Shown: positions 61,948-64,000 of the stretch, piece after piece
How positions within the stretch are numbered: position 1 is the stretch's first letter
Layout of the letters: every line of letters starts with the position of its first letter
Source of the DNA: Klebsormidium nitens
Lineage: Eukaryota > Plantae > Klebsormidiophyceae
DNA: 64,000 nt
Assembly: GCA_000708835.1 (NCBI GenBank)
Contig: DF237019.1
Location: 1 to 64,000 of the forward strand
Direction of reading: 5' to 3'
Translations under genes and position numbers: made by a program
The notes under the pieces: model-generated
The model's database searches: none
The model's input: the letters and a program-made list of their open reading frames with translations, nothing else
Told to the model about the DNA's origin: nothing

Positions 61948-62676
61948 TTACGTAGCCACCCTCCTTCAAGCACACAACATTGGCCTGCTGACACAGGAAA
62001 TCAAAGGTGGTGCGCGCAAGAGCCAGCGCCAGCAAGCCCTAAATAACCCTGAAAACTTTAAGTTTAAAAGCGATCAGCCACTTTGGCCTGCTTCTAGCAG
62101 GGAAGTTTTCACATGTCTCTAGTTTCGCAATGAACGCAACCTTTCCAGTAAAATGCCAATGACAACTCGTCGTGACACGTGCGAGTCGCGCAACCGTGGC
62201 TCAGCCTGGCTCAGCCATATGATAGCCGTTCGATTTGCAGATTCCCGCCAAATTTGCGTGCTAGATGTTCAAGAAATCAAAATTAAAAGGCAGCAAGTTG
62301 CAACTGAGCTGAGCTGCTGAGCTGAGCTGCTGCAGTGCTGGTCTTCAACATCAAAAGCTGGCAAGGAGAGGGTGAGCCTGAGGAAGGAGCCTTCTAGAGG
62401 CGATTGTGCAGATTGATGTTCGAGGCTGGTGACGAGCAGCAACAATGATGGCCTTTATGCAGAAATTGTTGAGTTGCTGTCCGCTTGATTCATGACAATT
62501 CGAACGCCCCGTATCATATTTGCTATGCTTGTACTATGTCCCTGTCGTTGTTGCGCCAGCGACACCTAGCAAAAGAGCTGCCGGATAGATGCCGATCGAC
62601 ACAACTGTAGAGCGTACTTGGCAGGTGTTAAGCTGTAATGCTACCTGTGTAAGTCACATAGCAGCACTTCGCTGCA

Positions 62677-62949
62677 ATGGCACCCTTGAGGGAGCGCGTG
62701 CTGCAATTCCTCCATGCAACGGTTGAGGAAGGTCAGAAGTCAGCGGGCCAGCTGCTGAGAGAGGTCCAGATGACTTTTGACAATCTGAGTGGTGCACAGT
62801 GGCAGCTTGTTAGAGAGATTGTGTCGCAGTTTCCCACTAGAAATGTGCCAGGAGCGGGGGCCGAAAGGGAGCGTGAGCATGAGGATGAAGGAGATGATGG
62901 CTTGGATACAGCGCTGGGAGAAACGGTGTGTGAAGCTGCTGGAGTTTGA
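62677..62949 (+). CDS. possible exon of an uncharacterised gene continuing toward the window end
   Basis: Protein-like ORF MAPLRERVLQFLHATVEEG...EREREHEDEGDDGLD, divergent from HslU. No family recognised. Confidence 0.25.
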   Translation: MAPLRERVLQFLHATVEEGQKSAGQLLREVQMTFDNLSGAQWQLVREIVSQFPTRNVPGAGAEREREHEDEGDDGLDTALGETVCEAAGV

Positions 62950-64000
62950 AGTAAACAAAGATGTTCTCTGCCTTTGGACCTGGCAAGGCTATCCACTTTG
63001 TTGCAGACTAACAAAGATGCACTCATTCTCAAATGCAAGCGATTCCAGGCTAACAGTGAATACATGGCAGTTCAAAATGAAGGTAGCCGCCGAGAATGAT
63101 GCACGTACTTATTTGAGCCATCTGCATCCTGTACTAGTGGTCATGGCATCCATGCAGCATTGACTTTGAAGATTCCTTATTTCAGTTCCATTTTATAGGT
63201 GGCACTTGTGGTTGTGCTCAGAGGCGTATTACAGGGTTCCCTTACTCTGAAGTGTAGTATGCAGCACGCATCCAGATACATATGCAGGTTTGGGTCCACT
63301 CGTCAGGCATTGCGCTAGCTTACACTCAGAATCTGTTCGAACCAACGTCAATTGAACTAAGCAGCGATCTCACCAGTTTTGCCAGCGGAGTATCTGCATG
63401 ACAAGTCTCATCTTAAATCTACTTCATTGACGCCTGACTTGGTCTTTGCAGTTCTGCTCCTACAATCCTGGTCTTGTTGGGGTTGGCAACCCTCATCCAG
63501 GTATGCAGTTGTGGACCTTAAGCTTTGGAATGTTGACAAAAGCTTGGTTGGCTGGACCTAGGGGGAACACTCCGCTTCGAATCCTGCAGATCTTTTCACA
63601 CAGGTTCAGCCAACATTGCTTGCACATGAAGACCAGTTCAGATCATTGGAAACTTTTGGTGACCCTGTGTATTCTGTTCTGGTTCCACTTCACTCATACT
63701 TGTCTGATTCCTGTTCTAGTGTGATTCACTGTTTGCACCTCTTTGCAAGTTTTGTTGACTTCATCATATCTGGAATTGTGTCGATTGTAAGCATGCCAGA
63801 GTCAATCCTTCTTATCCATGTAAAACGCTCTCGTTTGACCTTTAACCCTTTGCCAATCCTCACGTCTCTTCCAAGGATGAAAATGTTTACCCGCTTACGC
63901 CCAGTCTCTGTGCTTTTGCAGCCTTTGTTGACATCTGCGCTACTCTCGCGTCCATCCCTCAGCCTGCCTGCACATACAAAGCAGGGCTGCCTACAGAGGT

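Noticed and set aside
700-64000. Most short ORFs in the supplied six-frame track
   Set aside because: They are antisense shadows of GC-rich exons, read-through into introns, or translations of decayed boundary copies, without independent coding evidence.

Overview
Eukaryotic, intron-rich nuclear DNA (GT-AG introns, GC3-rich exons). The gene content (CHL27, PAP15/23-type purple acid phosphatase, NHA-type antiporter, HslU) and style suggest a green alga, probably a streptophyte such as Klebsormidium; this is inference. Five host genes were reconstructed by hand: purple acid phosphatase (+, 15827-23080), an MFS-like transporter (-, 24886-29611), CHL27/CRD1 (+, 30542-35705), an NHA/SLC9B-type cation:H+ antiporter (-, 37130-49663) and HslU (-, 52635-61947). 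The first ~14 kb is accessory DNA dominated by a decayed, spliced CryptonF-like tyrosine-recombinase element (YR/NDC10_II-like + GCR1_C-like). Its N-terminus carries a 2A/StopGo-like motif (LVRSGIETNPG/P), which an upstream multi-exon ORF appears to read into in frame. The second major signal is that in all five host genes many introns contain tandem, progressively decayed ~80-200 bp copies of the neighbouring exon-intron boundary (splice site plus exon edge), up to 7 per boundary. Most ORFs in the supplied six-frame track are antisense or intronic shadows. No rRNA, tRNA or CRISPR array is supported. All calls are by eye; no database search was run.
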